NCBI GenBank assembly: GCA_964016885.1 | Contig: OZ024747.1 | Location: 19,096,001 to 19,160,000, forward strand | Source of the DNA: Eledone cirrhosa | Lineage: Eukaryota | Direction of reading: 5' to 3' | Length of the DNA: 64,000 bases | Shown here: positions 12,851 to 27,459 of the stretch, piece by piece | Layout: each line of letters begins with the position of its first letter | Position numbering within the stretch: position 1 is the stretch's first letter | The notes under the pieces: model-generated | Database searches by the model: none | Told to the model about the DNA's origin: nothing | What the model saw: only the letters and a program-made list of their open reading frames with translations | Program-made: the position numbers and the translations under genes

Positions 12851-14060
12851 TAGAAACTTTATTTATACATTATCTCCCCCCAGGGAGTAAAGACCACAAT
12901 GAATTTACAGATTTACACAAACACGAGGAAGACGCTACATCCTCCTCAAACGGTATCCAAAACGTTTCCTATCAAACCTTACCCTCTGAAAGAAATTAGA
13001 TATTTTCATTTATGAGTAGTGTCAGCAAAGCAAATGTTCTGTCAATGGGTCATTACATCATCTCCAAGTTATCACACCATCCAATGTAGTTGACCACCTC
13101 AATTACCTAGAAAGTGTAATATTACCTGATGGCTCTCTAATCAAGAACAATTTCGGTCAATTTTTATTATTGTAGTCATCTCTGACACAGGTGTTATGGA
13201 ATTCTCAAGAAACGAAAACGAATAATTTGCAATGGTTTTTGAAGGCCATATTTATTCAAAACATTAAAGGTGTCCCTCACGAACGCAGACCACACACAAT
13301 GATCGGAGGCAAAGGTCACCCAATCGCGATTCTAACGGCAGGTACCAAACACACTTGGCGTCAGGTGAATTTCAACGTCACTTTTCATGGTGTGCAGCTA
13401 AGTTTTCAGCTGTCCACTGATGGATTTGTCTTATCATCTAGAGAGCTAGATCAGCGTTTCTCCATGTTCCATTTTTAGCCTACTCATTAAGAGCATCAGT
13501 CTGCTCAAAATCATACTCACCTGTCAGAAAAGTATAATTTTTGTCTTATTTCAAAAATGACAACTGTTTGATTAAAGATTAAAAATAAAATAAAATAAAC
13601 CCAACATTCTTTATTTTGACAAAATATACACCATGAAGAACTTTATAATTATTTTTTTTGATTTCCCAGCCAATAAGTGTGGGCATGGTTCAGAAGTTCA
13701 CAATGGGTATCTTCTACTATAGATTCTGATTGACCAATACCTTTTAATGTCCATCTTCCCTGGATGGGTCTTCACAGATTGAGCCAGGGCCCTGAATCTT
13801 GTTTACATACGTTACCCCGTTCTATTGTTGCACCAGCACAAGGGAGGTTGTCATGTCTTTAACAGCTGAAAAAAAAACTTCTCCCAACCTTTTGTTTGGT
13901 AGGCTTTCTATGGCTGGATACCCTATCACTTTATAGTGTACTGGGTGCATTTATTATGTAGCCAACACTAAGGAGGTCTTTGACATTCTCCAGATGCCCT
14001 TCCAATATATGAATACATTAAATATTTATGCGAGAAAACCGCATGCATTAAAAGTTTTAA

Positions 14061-14139
14061 CCCTTTAGCATCTCGTAGATTCAATATGTGAAATATAATG
14101 AATATACCTTGAAAATATAATAATGTAAATGCGAAAGGG
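14061..14139. mobile_element. 79-bp piggyBac-type MITE
   Basis: TTAA|CCCTTTAGCAT ... ATGCGAAAGGG|TTAA. Confidence 0.8.
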
Positions 14140-15183
14140 TTAAGGAAAATTTAACAACTATAATTTTTGAAAATTATAGTTATGTAAAAAAACAAATTAC
14201 CTTTATGTATTTTGAAGGTTAGTCTTATTTATCACAATTTTGTGTTTACCACCTACATGTTTCTTCTGCCCTTCTTAATGCCAGGCAATAGTGTGTACTG
14301 GATGCATTTTATCATGACACTAAATCTCAATGCAACGCTATTTATCCATAACTAGATGCCTTTCCTATTACCAACCACTGACAGAGTGTACTGCAGAGTC
14401 CTTTGAACATTTTTGACATGGTTCCTACAACTGGATGATTTTCCTACCACCTGTGTGTATTAGGAGCATTTTGTGGCAACAGCAGAGCCCACTCTACCCT
14501 ATGGTAAGATAAGGCAGTGTCAACACTTTCCTACAAAACTGGTTTCTTCCAATGGACTAACATCCATAACATTGACCTTTTCCCTCCCTCATTGAGACAC
14601 TAGATTGGCTGATTACCAATTAATCAGCTGCCGATTATGTAAATTAATACATATTGCAATATCAAAATGACACGAGGCCACATTTAGCATAGCTAATAAC
14701 ATGTTTTGTCAGCTATCTAAATTAAGCTTGTTCGTGAATCATGGTGTGGTGATAAAGCTGCTTGATATAGTGGATGCACCTGGTAAATAATGGTGTTGAA
14801 TGGCTGTACTTTTAAGGGAAGGGAAGCAGGCACGCTGTTTTCTTGCTCCAACACCCTTACATAGGGTCAGAAAAGTAGTATTGCTTACTTAGCTCCTTAT
14901 TACAAAAGATAAGCAAATTTTTTCTTCACATTGTTTCCTGCAAAATAAAAAAACCATTATAGCTTCAAGCATTGCATAGAAATTTTAAGTGGATAAAAGT
15001 AACGATACTTTTTTCTGTTTCCATATCGAGATAGAAAATTGCTCAAACTTGAATCCCGATGAAAAGAGCAAAATAAATAGAAAAATTGTAGATGCTGGTT
15101 ACTCATCGGCAATATTTTACCAAAACATGAAACTGAAAAAGATTTGGGAGATCAATGATCATCTCATTATTTGATTGGAGAAA

Positions 15184-15365
15184 GGCGGTGGATTGGCAGT
15201 TTCGGTAGAGGGTGGACGCCACGCTTTCCAGCATAGTTACGTCCCTTTACGATCCGAGTTCAAATCCCGCCGAGGTTGACTTTGCCTTTCATCCTTAGGG
15301 GTCGATAAAATAAAGTACCAGTAATGCACTGGGTAATTACTGGTCTTGTGCCTAAAGTAGAAACA
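15184..15365 (+). mobile_element. Young tRNA-derived SINE (Meta/MESC-like core) with 18-bp TSD
   Basis: A-box tggcagtttcgg, B-box gagttcaaatccc, core tttgcctttcatcc..ggggtcgataaaataaagtaccag. Perfect TSD attatttgattggagaaa at 15166-15183 and 15366-15383. Confidence 0.9.
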
Positions 15366-15757
15366 ATTATTTGATTGGAGAAATAATCAGTGATTTGCAG
15401 TAATTCTGTTGTGTTGGATTCAAGATCACTAATTTTAGATGGCGACTACGTGATTGATTCTCCATATTTTAATGGAATAGCTCAATTTTAACAAAAGCTA
15501 TTTTATGAACTGTACCATTTTGAAGGTTTTTACAGACACAAATATAGCAACCGGGACCAGACCTGTGGCTTCGAATCACTTCTGCTTGAACCTTCATTGA
15601 ATTTGCTCAACAAGCACTAAAATCTATTACCACGAGTTCAAATACTGTTAAGTACCCGAGAGCAAGTCGATTTAAAGTGACTAATGTAATATATTTAAAT
15701 CTAGCAAGTAGGTAGGGGATTTTCTTTGCTGTTTACAATACGATGCGTAGCTTGGAG

Positions 15758-18150
15758 ATCAGGGTGTCACTCCAGGTAAAATAAAATAAACAGTTTATAA
15801 GGACGTCTGATATTTTGGTTTTCTTTATAAAATTTCACCATTTTTAACGAATTCAGCTTTCAAAAACATTGAAAACCCAAGTGGTGAGGGTGGGACGCCG
15901 CCTCCCACAATTAAAAACGAATTTCCAATTGCTTTGAAACCCATATTCGTTCAAAAATTGCTTAATGTAGAAACAGCAATCATAAAATTTATAAACGGCG
16001 ACACTGCGATGTGAGCGTACGCAAAAAAGATTTCCGAGGTTACTCGTGGAAAAATCTAGAAAAAGACAGTTACTAACTCACGAAACGTGCTCACTTGCAA
16101 TTCCACAGAAAATTAAGTTACGACAGGAATTAAAAATGAGCGGGCTTTTGTTTTGCTGCTTTTATTATATGCATTGCTACACTTTCTCAAAGATACAGTA
16201 TACATTCATGGCTATTTAATCAATATACAAGATCACTATAGAAATGCTATTTTCATTTAGATCTGAAAAAATAAATAAACTGTACTTTGCACGGACGAAC
16301 GAGGGGAAGCAACTCATTTCCTGAACAAAATTTATCAAAACCGAAAAATAATAGCTCTCGCTTTTGTTTTTAATTAATAGTAATAGTCGTTTGCTACTGC
16401 AATCAGTAGTATTTTATACTATCGAAATTGTAACCATACTATTTTAACGAAGACATCACTGCCGAATAGCACGAGATCAATATTGATGGTAGTATAGAAA
16501 TTTTAGGGTTAGCCAGGCGAACTGCCTTGATATGTTGGAACGACACTGCAGTTCGACGAATACGGAAGCTTCAAAACACCTTTTAAACTATTTAATACGC
16601 TAAAACACTTGCTATCATCCTTAACGGCACTGGTCGATTACTGCAACAGCCAATGTACGGTAATCAAAAAGCATACACTGACTGTTCAGATCGAATCCAA
16701 TGCACATAAATTACGGATACTAAAAAGCAAAGGAAATGCTCAATAGGGACTTTTAGCTATTCAAGTTGAACAAAGCATGTATTATAATACGAACGAAATG
16801 ATTAAAAAAAAGATGCATTTACTAGGAATGTAAAATTAAATAGGCCTTCCATGCCAACAGATTATACGCGTCTTCAGACAACCATGTGTTAGGGTTACCT
16901 CAGCTAAATGTGATTTCTAATAAAGTTAGCGTTCTTCCGAATTTTAGCTACCATTTTTGCCCGAAATCATGTATGTCAAGTAGTGTAGAGAGACTATGTA
17001 CTAACGTATATTTTTCAAAATGAAAATTTATCGAAATTGTTCTACAAAGTAAACCCCTTCGAAACCACGTGACACTAAATTCAGTCTAAACACTAAAATG
17101 CAAATTTTTATATAAATATATATTTCGAGAATTGCAGTTAAACGGAAGAAATTAGTCCAGGTGTAGATTGAACTGATCTTGCTCAAAACAGCCGCTAGGT
17201 CCAGGAAACGAGCTAACATGATCCCGAGCACAACCAATACACGAGCCTCTAAATCAACGGTTCCCAACCTTCTATAATAAATTCCACCTTAATGATATAG
17301 CAAAACAGTATGGGCCCCGCAAAAAATTAAAAATTGATACAAATTTTTTATGTAGAAATAATTTCGGCATGTCTATTTCAATCTAATTTAAAATACTGTA
17401 TCGTGTTAAAAAAATAAGTTTCTTTACTAAAACAAAGTTATATCCAGATTTAAATAAATATCAAGTGAAGTAAAATCATAATTAGAAAAAGTAGAAAGTT
17501 GAAGCAAGAAAAAGAAAAAATCAGGAAACTACTTTTTTTATATATGAAATTGTCATTTTAGTTAATTCCCGTGGCTCCCCCAATAACTTGCTATGGCCCA
17601 CTGGTTGGGAAGCAATGCTCTATATGATGATACAGATTAACTTTGTAAACGCTTGAAAATGGAATACTACTACAACTACTTCAAAACATTAAAAACGCGA
17701 CAGCGTTAAAAAAAGTTTCAAAATGCTAGAATATAGACCCCAATATGTTACTTACAACTGGAGTACGCGTTAAGTTCATTTGCTTGTTTAGTTTAGTGAA
17801 AACAAAACTGTCAAAGAATCAAATTACAAAATATTCATACACCCTAAATGCAAACGAAAGTTTGATTTGAACTAAAATTTGAAAGTGAGACTGACTTAAA
17901 AAAAATAATGAAAGTACGATTTCATTGTCTAACGGCATTTTTCCTAAAATATTTCACTTGCCTATAATTGTCTACTATATTGAATGGGCAATTTACAATA
18001 TTGCATTTTAAAGGTCGTCATATTCAAATATTCAATGAACCACAACGTCGTATAAAGAGACCTTAAAATTGTTACTTCAATTCTAACAATATTAACGAGC
18101 TATGCAATTTAAGATTAAAATTATAAAAGTTAAAATATAGTTTATAGGTG
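15758..18150 (+). mobile_element. Possible ancient hATm-like DNA transposon fossil
   Basis: Starts tcagggtg. Faint remnants resemble 'GCDGTxVNTG' (~16530) and 'ERxxKLVT' (~18050). No ORF remains. Confidence 0.3.
17255..17617. mobile_element. hAT/Charlie-type MITE
   Basis: TIR caacggttcccaacc / ggttgggaagcaatg; 8-bp TSD ctctaaat / ctctatat. Confidence 0.8.
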
Positions 18151-19349
18151 TGCAAAATAGATTTAAATAATGAGGAAACATTTACGAAAAACTCAAAGCT
18201 AACAAAAATAAAAAAAAAGCAGTAGCTACCACATGGTAGGAAATTTCAGGCATGCAGTATAAAAATCTGAAACTGGTTTATATTACAAATAATGCAAGAA
18301 AAAAAATTATTGAAACTACAAACCTGAATTGAATAATAAAATATCTCGATTGAGAAAAGAAACGAAATTTTTTTTTTTCATAGAAGAAATTTTATTGTCA
18401 TGGTGTGAGACACACCACACAAGATTCAAGACAAGTCTTGATAGGAATAAAAGTCTTTTACAAAATGGTTTAAGAAGAAAACAAAACTTTAAACCATATT
18501 TTTAAGATATCAGTTCTTGAGGAAGAAGAATGTTCAGAAAATGGCTGAGAGTCACTGTTTTTTTTTTGAAGCAGATGTTCTGTTCAAGCTGGATATTACA
18601 TGTAACAGTGGAACGTTGGTCGGACTAGTCAAGATGGCGGATCTAGTTGGTTTTTTTTCAATTCAGTTCAGTTCAGTTGGGACATTGCTCTTCGTTATAA
18701 ACTGATGAATATGGAAAATGATTTCGCTGCCAATTTAAACCATTCGTTTTAGAAGATCCTTTCTACTTGGACCTAGCCCTCATCTTTCGCCTTTTTCGCT
18801 TCAGCCTCCTCATACGCTTCTTTCTCCACTTGGCTCTCATAATCACACAGTAGTTGACTGTCTGGGTATCAGGAGCAAATGGACGATTCTTCGTTTAACA
18901 CTTCAACATATCGCGTAGCGAGATTTCAGCAACAACCAATGAGAAACGAGATAGTAAGTATGGTAGTTCATCAACGCCCAAAATGAATTATATATGGTAG
19001 AGTGGAATCGCAGTAATTTTTATTTTTTAAATAAAAACGCTATTTCGTCTATAGTGATATATAAAATATGTTTTTTTTACTTAATTTTCAAATGTATAAC
19101 ATTCCAACTTCTTTTCGTCATAATCTTCTGATGAAGACTTCTTAATCTGCACTTTCAAGAAAATGTATCAATTGTTGAAAGAAAGAAAAAAAAGTAATTG
19201 TAATAATTTCTATAAGCATCATCAGCGTTTAACATTTATTTTCCATACTTACATGAGTTAGACAGGTTGTCATGTTATGAGGCCACGTATCTCTCCCACG
19301 CACCATTTTTGCTCGATTTTCTATAGTTGAATGCCCTTCCTACCGCCAA

Positions 19350-19542
19350 CCACTTTCTAGGGTGGACTGAGTGCTTTTTGTCATGGCTCTAGTATGACCA
19401 ACCATACAGAGTGGATTGGGTGCTTTTTGTCGTGGCACCAGTATGACAACTACACAGGGTGGATCGGGTGCTTTTTGCCAGGGCACCAGTATGACCATCC
19501 TTAAGGGTAGATTGGGTGCTTATTGCCATGGCTTTAGCATGA
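19350..19542. repeat. Four ~48-bp tandem units derived from the RTE/SINE internal domain
   Basis: Units of the form acca..acagggtggattgggtgctttttgtcgtggcaccagtatga, repeated four times inside a SINE-like element (19215-19545). Confidence 0.75.
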
Positions 19543-20410
19543 ACCTCTCATATATTTAAAAATTGGTATCTTATTTCATTTAAATTAATCATGGTAAATC
19601 ACTTGCATGTTGAAACAAGTGACAAATGCAGTATAATCGTCATTTAACATCAATTTTTCCCTGGTAGCAAGGGCTGGATGGGTCACCATAGATCAAGTCA
19701 GTACTTGAGTGCAACTACTCACCTCTTAGATGAGCGGAGGTCCTGCATTTCACTTACATTCCTGCACTTTATTGTTCCCATCCTCTATTGTGTGCATTTT
19801 ATTGTGGCACCAGCACCAGGAATGTTGTTATGCCTTTGACACAACTGAAAACCTAACCCTTTGGCATGTTTTCTATAGCTGAATGCCCTTCCCATCACCA
19901 GTCACTTTACAAAGAGTACTAGATGTATTTATTCCAAACACAAGAGTCTTCTTAGCCTTTTGTTTGGTAATATTTTTACAACTATTAGCCCTTCCTACAT
20001 CTCTGTAGACACTACTACATCTAGGCATAAGAGGCAAGTGTTGACAAATTGTAATGGTAGTGAAATACGTCCATCAATCACCCCAATGTGACTTTAGTTC
20101 TTAGTGATACTGCCCCTTCCTCGAGACCTACTAAATAAATATTAAAAACCAAACTAAATAAATATTAAAAAACAAACAAACAAAAGACTACAAACCCTTT
20201 TCACTGAATGATCCTTAAAATCAATAAAAAGAAGGCACAGTTTTATTTTAAATGCAGATTTCTTATAAGAAGCCAAGCAGATGTTTGTCACCAATGAGAA
20301 GTATAGGATGGCACTGCATCCATACTTTTCAAGTACACCCTCAGACTTAGAAACTTTTACTGTATTATGCTTATTCCAAAACTCTGTCTAAGAATTATTG
20401 TGGATTAGAG

Positions 20411-20590
20411 CAGGCATGTCAAACTGAGGGTCTCCCGAGCACCACATGGGTCACATGTGTTGTCTGAGGGCTACACTTGACAACTAATTTTTAAAATTAT
20501 ATATTACTAAGATAAAACATGCTCGCGCTGTAAAAACCTTTGTGTGGGCCGCAGGTATGCTTGTAAAGGGCAGCATGTTTGACATACCTG
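20411..20590. mobile_element. hAT/Charlie-type MITE
   Basis: TIR caggcatgtcaaac / gtttgacatacctg; TSD gattagag / gaatagag. Confidence 0.85.
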
Positions 20591-22149
20591 GAATAGAGTG
20601 CGCACTCAGAATGTGCTGAAGACCCACTGAGCATCAATGCCTGGTCAGGCTTCAGGGAGGTTTAAGGTGGTGTGGTATTAAGAAAGTTAAACATAGGTAC
20701 AAATATAGATGTAGAAATATCTATGGGACCACCAGGTGAATCATTTCATACATTTATCAAATTTGAATTCAATGTTATGTGACATCATTATCATCATCAT
20801 TTAACGACTGTCTTTCCAGCTAGGAAAGGTTGGATGGGTCTTCAGAGACCAAATTAGTACTCTAGCAGGGCTACTGACCTCTGAGATGGGCTGGTGGCCT
20901 AAACTTCACTTACATACAATTCCACGCTCTATCAATTGCATTTTATTGTGACATCAGCATAAGGGTTGTTGACACAGATCAAGGATTCTCCTAAGCCTTT
21001 GGCAAGCTTTCTATGGTTAGATGCTCTTCATATCACCAACTATTTTACAGAGTGAACTAGATGTATTTATTGTGTAGATTACCAACACTAAAGACATTGT
21101 CATGTCTTTAACAAACTGAAGAGTCCTTTTGACCCTTTGATTGACCAACATGGTATGTAAATTTGTGGAAAAACTTTTGTTATATCACTTTTAGCAACTT
21201 GTAGTGGAATTAATTGTGCATTGAACATCACACAAGGAAATGTTAAAAGCTAGAAATAGCAACCAAACAACCATATCCTGAAAACATTTCATTAAATATA
21301 ATTTTAATCCATTAAAAGAAAAAGCAAATAAATTTCAAATTTGCTCAATCTCTTTGTGAACTTATTGGTTCATCACACTGTAAAATAGTGGCGATAGGAA
21401 GGGCATCTGCCAAAAAAAATTCATGACTATCACTACATACAGTCAACTGCTTATTTAGGTAGAGAAAGGTTGGCTAGGTTACCTTTGTGTAATGGCTATT
21501 GCAGTTGTCTAGCATATGGCAGATGTGTGGGTTGATTCTCGCAGGCATCTCTGTCCACCTTTTTCCATCTCTGAGAGTAATTTATTTGACTATTTTATAG
21601 TTAATATATGAATTGTGGCAATTGTTCACAACAAAAGAAAATACATTTCAAATCATCTTCATTGTTTAACGTCCATCTTCCACGCTTGCATGGGTTTGAG
21701 ATATATATATATATATAATGCTCACTTCAAGCAAGGCAATAAAACCACTAAAATGTAAGTGGTTACTGAGAAGGGAAAAGGACAATACATACAGAGACAA
21801 TTGAATTTTTTCAAATTGTAATGGTCAGGAAAGTAAGAAATTGGAAGAGAATTCCATAGGCCAAGATGTGTAAGGGAGGAAGCTATCAGAACATAATTTG
21901 TAAGTGCACTTATGAGACCTAGTTACCAATCTGGTACTCTGTTTAAACTCATGAAGATGAAGCAACAAAAGAGAAAGTTCACCAGAATAACTCCCATGAA
22001 AATATTTTGATGGTGTGATAATGATTGCAGCCAACATGATAAGTCAGGACCAATAATGTTGCTGATTTTTCTTTGGATCTTATCTAGACTCAGTGCTCAA
22101 CAGAGGCACCAGATCAGATGTGGCAATGATACTCAATATAAGGAGAGAT

Positions 22150-22750
22150 GGTAGATTTATAACATGTCCATATCAATGTAATCTTCTCTCTTGCACACCA
22201 CTTCAGATTCCTCTTAAACCCAGTTTCTCCTTCAGTTCATCTAAGCTCAACCTTGCTCTCACATTTACATTGCACATCCAACAAAGCATAGTTGCAGTCA
22301 CTGATCATGTTTCATTAGCGTGCAGCATTGCATTTCGCACACAGCCGTTTTTTTTGTACATAGGGAGAAACCTACTGTTGTCAATATTGTGAGTAGCTCT
22401 CTAAATTTCTTCCATCCTATCTTTATTCCAACTATCCGAGGAGAGGGTCGATAAAATAATCAAAGTTAGTGACAGAATTATCAAACTTAGAATAGTCATA
22501 GGCACTAGAATGACAACAGTTATCTTTAGTTATGCACCACAAGCAGGATTAAGTAAAGAACAAAATAACTGCTTTTATAAACAACTTTTACAGAGAACCT
22601 CAGTTATTGATGACACAGGCCTTATTATCCTAGCAGGTGACTTTAATGGACATGTTGAACAGTACAAGGATGGCAACACCAGTGTACACAGTGACTGGTT
22701 ATGGTTAAAAAAATGAAGAGGAAATGAGGTTCCTGGAATTCTGCAAATGA
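22150..22750. mobile_element. Rearranged RTE remnant: C-terminal fragment (-) joined to an APE endonuclease fragment (+)
   Basis: The + strand of 22440-22750 reads SDRIIKLR...SYAPQAGL...IILAGDFNGHV. The - strand of 22150-22440 resembles the post-RT region (GW-x-KFRELL, YGHV). Confidence 0.7.
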
Positions 22751-23691
22751 TTTAACCACAGTCTCTATGACTGAAGAGGCCTCCTCTGAATATCAGATTG
22801 TGCCTAGCTCTTACTCTGAGTCTCTACCTATCTATATTGGCTGATATATTTTTATCAGGGAAAGAATTAGCATTTATAGTCATATGCCTATCTCATTTAC
22901 TGGATAGAATAAAATATATCTGGCTTGTGTTTTCCTGCTTGATTGGTGATCTAGTGACTGGTTAGTTTCTTGAAGTTAGTGTTGCAAAAAGTTATTTGCA
23001 TCACAGAACTCCAGGAGCCTTGATCTCTTCTCATTTCTTACACTAAAGCTATAGCTTTCATTTGAGAATGGTTGCTTCTGATACAATCATCTGGAAGGTG
23101 TGTCTGAAAATGTTGTGCCCACAACCCTCACAGGAATAAGTGAGCATAAGGAAAGGAGAAATTTTCTTTAACAAAGAATCTTTCACATTCATGCTGGTGA
23201 ATATCTTTACAACTAAGTTAAAGTATACTGTTGATGATGCTTTTTGCAGATGATTATTTTTTTCGAGGAAAATTGATGCATATATGAGTATTCAATCATG
23301 AAGATGGAATAGCTAAATTTGGTGTGATCAATCTAAAGAAATGTAGATGACAAGTTAAAATGTTTAATGGAATTTAAGTTCAATTATTTCACATAAAACA
23401 CTGTACAAACATGTCTGTATTTAAGGAGCTTGTTACACAACCACAATTCCAGGATCTCTCCCACTGCATGGTACCTTGGACACAAGTTGACCAATGCTTC
23501 TTAAGTTGGATTTGACACAGAAATAGCAGTAACCTGTTGTATATATATATGTACATCAATGTCTACATTTGTGTCTGTGTCTATGGCATGTAACTTAGTA
23601 GTTAACAAAAAAAAGATGATTAATAAAATAAGTACTAAGTTTGAAAACAATAGGTACTGATGTCAATATAATCAACTAAAAATTCCTTTAA

Positions 23692-23881
23692 CCCTTTAGC
23701 ATGTAAACCAGTCAGAATTCTCTCACCTCTTTCTGTTCAAACCAGTTGCTCATACTGATGTTAAGGAATTGTTCTCAAAATAAATAACATCAAAATCTCA
23801 TAGATTCAATATTATGTTAGGTAAAGCCTTTACCATGAAATTCTATTGGTATATATATAGAGTAATGTAAATGCTAAAGGG
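23692..23881. mobile_element. piggyBac-type MITE nested in an older SINE
   Basis: TTAA|CCCTTTAGCAT ... ATGCTAAAGGG|TTAG; same termini as 14061-14139. Confidence 0.75.
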
Positions 23882-24581
23882 TTAGGATGGATCCCCAGCA
23901 TGACTGCAGTCTAGTGACTGAAAGCAGTTAAAGAATAAGTAAATACATTTTCTTAAATTATCTAATAGAATTTAAGAGGGGAAAACCAGAGATATGTAGC
24001 ACAATTAACGCTATTTCTATACTGTTCTAAGAATACTTGTAAATATCCTAATTATAAGCTTATAACATTTTCATTAGCGTATTTCTAATACACTGCTTAT
24101 GAGCTTCAATTAATTTTGAAAATAACCAAAAATTTGAAGGAATTTAATAAAATAATTAAATGTTTCATTAGTAAGCTGATATTTAAGAAAATTACTTAAC
24201 ACAAATTTCTAAACTAAAATAATGATGGAAGGTTTTAATATAACGATAAACATTTTAAAACGAGCAGTTTAGTATTATAAATCCAGGGCAGTGTTATTAA
24301 AAGGGTTAAACTCATTTTTAAATAGGAATTTGTGAAATCTTTTCTTTCTCACAAGCCTAAATACAACCTAAATTTATTTTCTAAAAGTATTATGTCAAGA
24401 GAAAAAAAAAAAAACACATAAAACTGATGATGTTGATGATGTTTACTCTATTCTCATTTATTTTTTATTACTTGGAGATTAATTTTGGTCAAAATAAGTC
24501 TGAAAAAAATGTATATCTTTAAATGAGAAATAGTTGTACTTTACAGTAATTACAATTTATTCAAATGATAAATAATATATG

Positions 24582-25105
24582 TTAAGAAGCAAATGCAGCA
24601 GAAAATATCTTAGAACAGCCTTTTTTGTTTCCAACAAATGACTTCTTTTCAAATCTGTTTGTCTCTCCCTCTTGTAGTTTTGCTTTCTTTTTCTTTAAAA
24701 TGTTTTCTTCTGTTTCTTTTTGATAAAATCCCTTGCCTTCAAAATTAATATCTGAAGGTTTAGACTTTATTTTTCTTTTCTTTTTGCTTTTAATCTTTTG
24801 TAAAGAATCTGCCTTCTGAATGCTTTCAAGACGAAAGCTTGCAGCACGTTTAACTTTGGAGTATTCCACCTGTAAACGCATTTTATGTGCTGCTTTTTCA
24901 AATGCAAGACTTTCTCCAAGATGTCGCCAACGAAATTTACTCAAGTATTTGATATTCCACACTTCTCCAGCCCATGGAGCTCTGTGTCTACACTGTACTT
25001 CTTGTCCATTTAATAACTTAGCAGCCCACTTAGCATGCTTTTTATTTATAAATTCAACCCAACCTTCTTTGTAAATACGAGACTTTTTACACACTCGAGA
25101 TTCTT
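24582..25105 (-). CDS. ABT1: Activator of basal transcription 1 / ESF2 (pre-rRNA processing), exon 3 (last coding exon)
   Basis: YKEGWVEF..KKHAK..A..LNG..WNIKYLSKFRW.HL motifs. Long polypyrimidine tract plus CAG acceptor at 25106, phase 1. Stop TAA at 24582-24584 and AATAAA at 24556-24561. Confidence 0.95.
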
Positions 25106-26092
25106 CTGCAAGAAAAAAAAAAAAAAAAAAAAAAAAAAAATGAAATTAAAGTTGTATGTAAAGTTTGGACAATTTTCTTTATTAACATATTTTTAATTAT
25201 ATACACTATACTTGAATTAATTACTGAAGAATATGGAAGTATTTACTTAAATTATTAATTATTCCATTATGATGATGATGATTTTTGTGACATAATCTAA
25301 CAAAATTATGTTAAAAAGGTTGGGCATGTTACAGACCGGTCAGTATTCAAGCAGAGCTATTGATCTCTCAAATGGGGGCCTGCATCTAGCTCACATACAT
25401 TCCTGTACTTTAGCAATTGGTCAGAAAATACCTCTTGTGCATTTGGTAGGGTGTAGGAAGTAAGTGAGATGCAGGCTTTTGGCCCATCTGAGGGTTTAGC
25501 ATCTTGCTTAAGTACTAACCGGTCTATAATGACTCACCCCAACCCTCGTTAGCAGGGAAAACAAACATTAAATGATGATGTTAAATGGAGATAAGTTTGT
25601 TAGAAAGTCCCAGTACTTACTTTCCAACTAAATAAATGGAGAATAAAAGGTCTATTTACAGCAGAACAGGATCTATACATAAGCATGTATGTACGGACCT
25701 GTAACTCCCGATGGAGATGTAGAGCCGCTGTTATGGACACCATCCCTCTCTAGGTCTGAACACAGCTGATTTTTTTCAGAGAAGGTGAGAGAGAGAGAGA
25801 GCAAGGTAGAAAGAGATATGGAGGAAGAATCAACCCTAGTACTGAACTGGTACTTTTTTTATCATCCTTGAAAGGATGAAAGGCAAAGTTGACCTCAGCA
25901 GAATTTGAATTCATAGTGTAGAGAGCAAGAAGGAATACTGCAAAGCATTCTATTTGATGATTGTCAATTCACCACATACACAAACATGGTAAGCCATTAA
26001 CTCACTTGAGAATTTTTACTCCTAAAACATAATATATGTAAAGAAAACAACATAAACATCTGAAATTAAAAAGAATTGCACTAATATTTTAC

Positions 26093-26300
26093 CATCTGCT
26101 TGAAGAAATACTCGTCCTATTTTCCCGCAGCGAGAAAGATTTTCTTTTAATACCTTGACATTCATGAAACGAGGTATACGACTCAAGTAAATGACACCTG
26201 ACTCTGATTCTGATACACCAAGAGAAAGGATTTTCTTTTTAGGGGATGTTTTTTCCTTGTTTTCCTCATTTTTCTCAGTTTCAAGTGAATTGGATTCATG
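26093..26300 (-). CDS. ABT1: ABT1/ESF2 exon 2 (start of RRM)
   Basis: GVIYLSRIPRFMNVKVLKENLSRCGKIGRVFLQ. Acceptor tttttttttccAG at 26301, donor GTAAAA at 26092. The 208-nt exon joins exon 3 in frame. Confidence 0.95.
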
Positions 26301-26659
26301 CTGGAAAAAAAAAGTAGAAATGTAATATCTATCTAAACATTGCAAAGGTAACATTTAATGTCCATTTTGCATTGCTATAGCTCTAATCCCATCACCACTA
26401 TATTCCACATTTTCTACAATGCCCCAAGCAAATTAGAACACCATCCTATAAGATATGCTAGGAACTTAACAATTTAAGCATGTGTGAGAAAATATACATT
26501 ATAAAATTCACCTGTGACTCTTCATCTACCAAGTCTATTTTGAGGGAATCCTTTGGCATCAGAACTCAAACTCCACCCCGAAAATATCTTATCAGATTTA
26601 GTGTGTATATGGGAAAATAGAGGAAAGGACTATAAATGCCATAAATGAGAGGAAAAGGA

Positions 26660-27075
26660 GGGAAAAAGCAAGGATTCATAGATCACAGAAGGGAGGGGTC
26701 AGGGGAAGGCCAGTGTCTGGGTTGTGCCCCGCGAACAAAATTGCAAAGGCATTTCCGTGGACAGTTGCCAAGTGACACCTGCTGGGACAGCCACCCCACC
26801 TTGTGGGGCTCCTTCCTCAGACAGATTGCTGATGCTCCGATTTTGAGGAGGAGCTGGGTAGTACAGGGTCTGAGAACGCCTGAAGTCTTGACAGCGACTG
26901 CTGCGAAGAGGAAGCGACCGGACAAGCCCCGATATTTGTTCGTCTTCTTGCCCTCTGCATTGTGGGCCGCAGTATCGAGGTTTGTGACCAAAGTGACTAT
27001 GTTGGAGGTGGAGAACATGTCACAACAGGTGGCGTCCCAGATGAAGGATTTACCTCTTTCGAATGGGAAGTGAGA
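26660..27075 (-). mobile_element. CRE-clade retrotransposon 3' remnant (restriction-like endonuclease) in ABT1 intron 1
   Basis: GKSFIWDATCCD..AAHNAEGKKTNKY..FAAVAVKTSG..WLSQQVSL / ATVHGNAFAIL. Confidence 0.85.
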
Positions 27076-27459
27076 GGAAACATACGAGCTTGTTCACAGT
27101 TGCATAAATAACATTATAATTAACTTACAGTTCGTTCAGAAGAATAATACAAATATAATTGTTTCTACTTTTGGCACAAGGCCAGCAATTATCACAGCGC
27201 ATTACTGGTACTTTATTTTATCGACCCCGTAAGGATGAAAGGCAAAGTTAACCTCGGCGCGATTTGAACTCAAATCGTAAAGGGACGTAACTCTATGCGT
27301 CAAAGCATGACGTCGGACTCTCTACCTATACTGCCAATCCACTATAATGTCGTTGATAAACACATAAGAGAGAGAGAAAAAAAAGGGAGTGAACAAAAAC
27401 GACTATCAATTCAACACCAAGTGTAACAATCGGCCGCACATTACATCATAAGGGTTAAT

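Noticed and set aside
13191-13478. 95-aa ORF in a GC-richer patch
   Set aside because: No recognisable homology or splice structure; left unassigned.
26645-27073. 142-aa plus-strand ORF
   Set aside because: Antisense to the CRE remnant; the recognisable motifs are on the minus strand.
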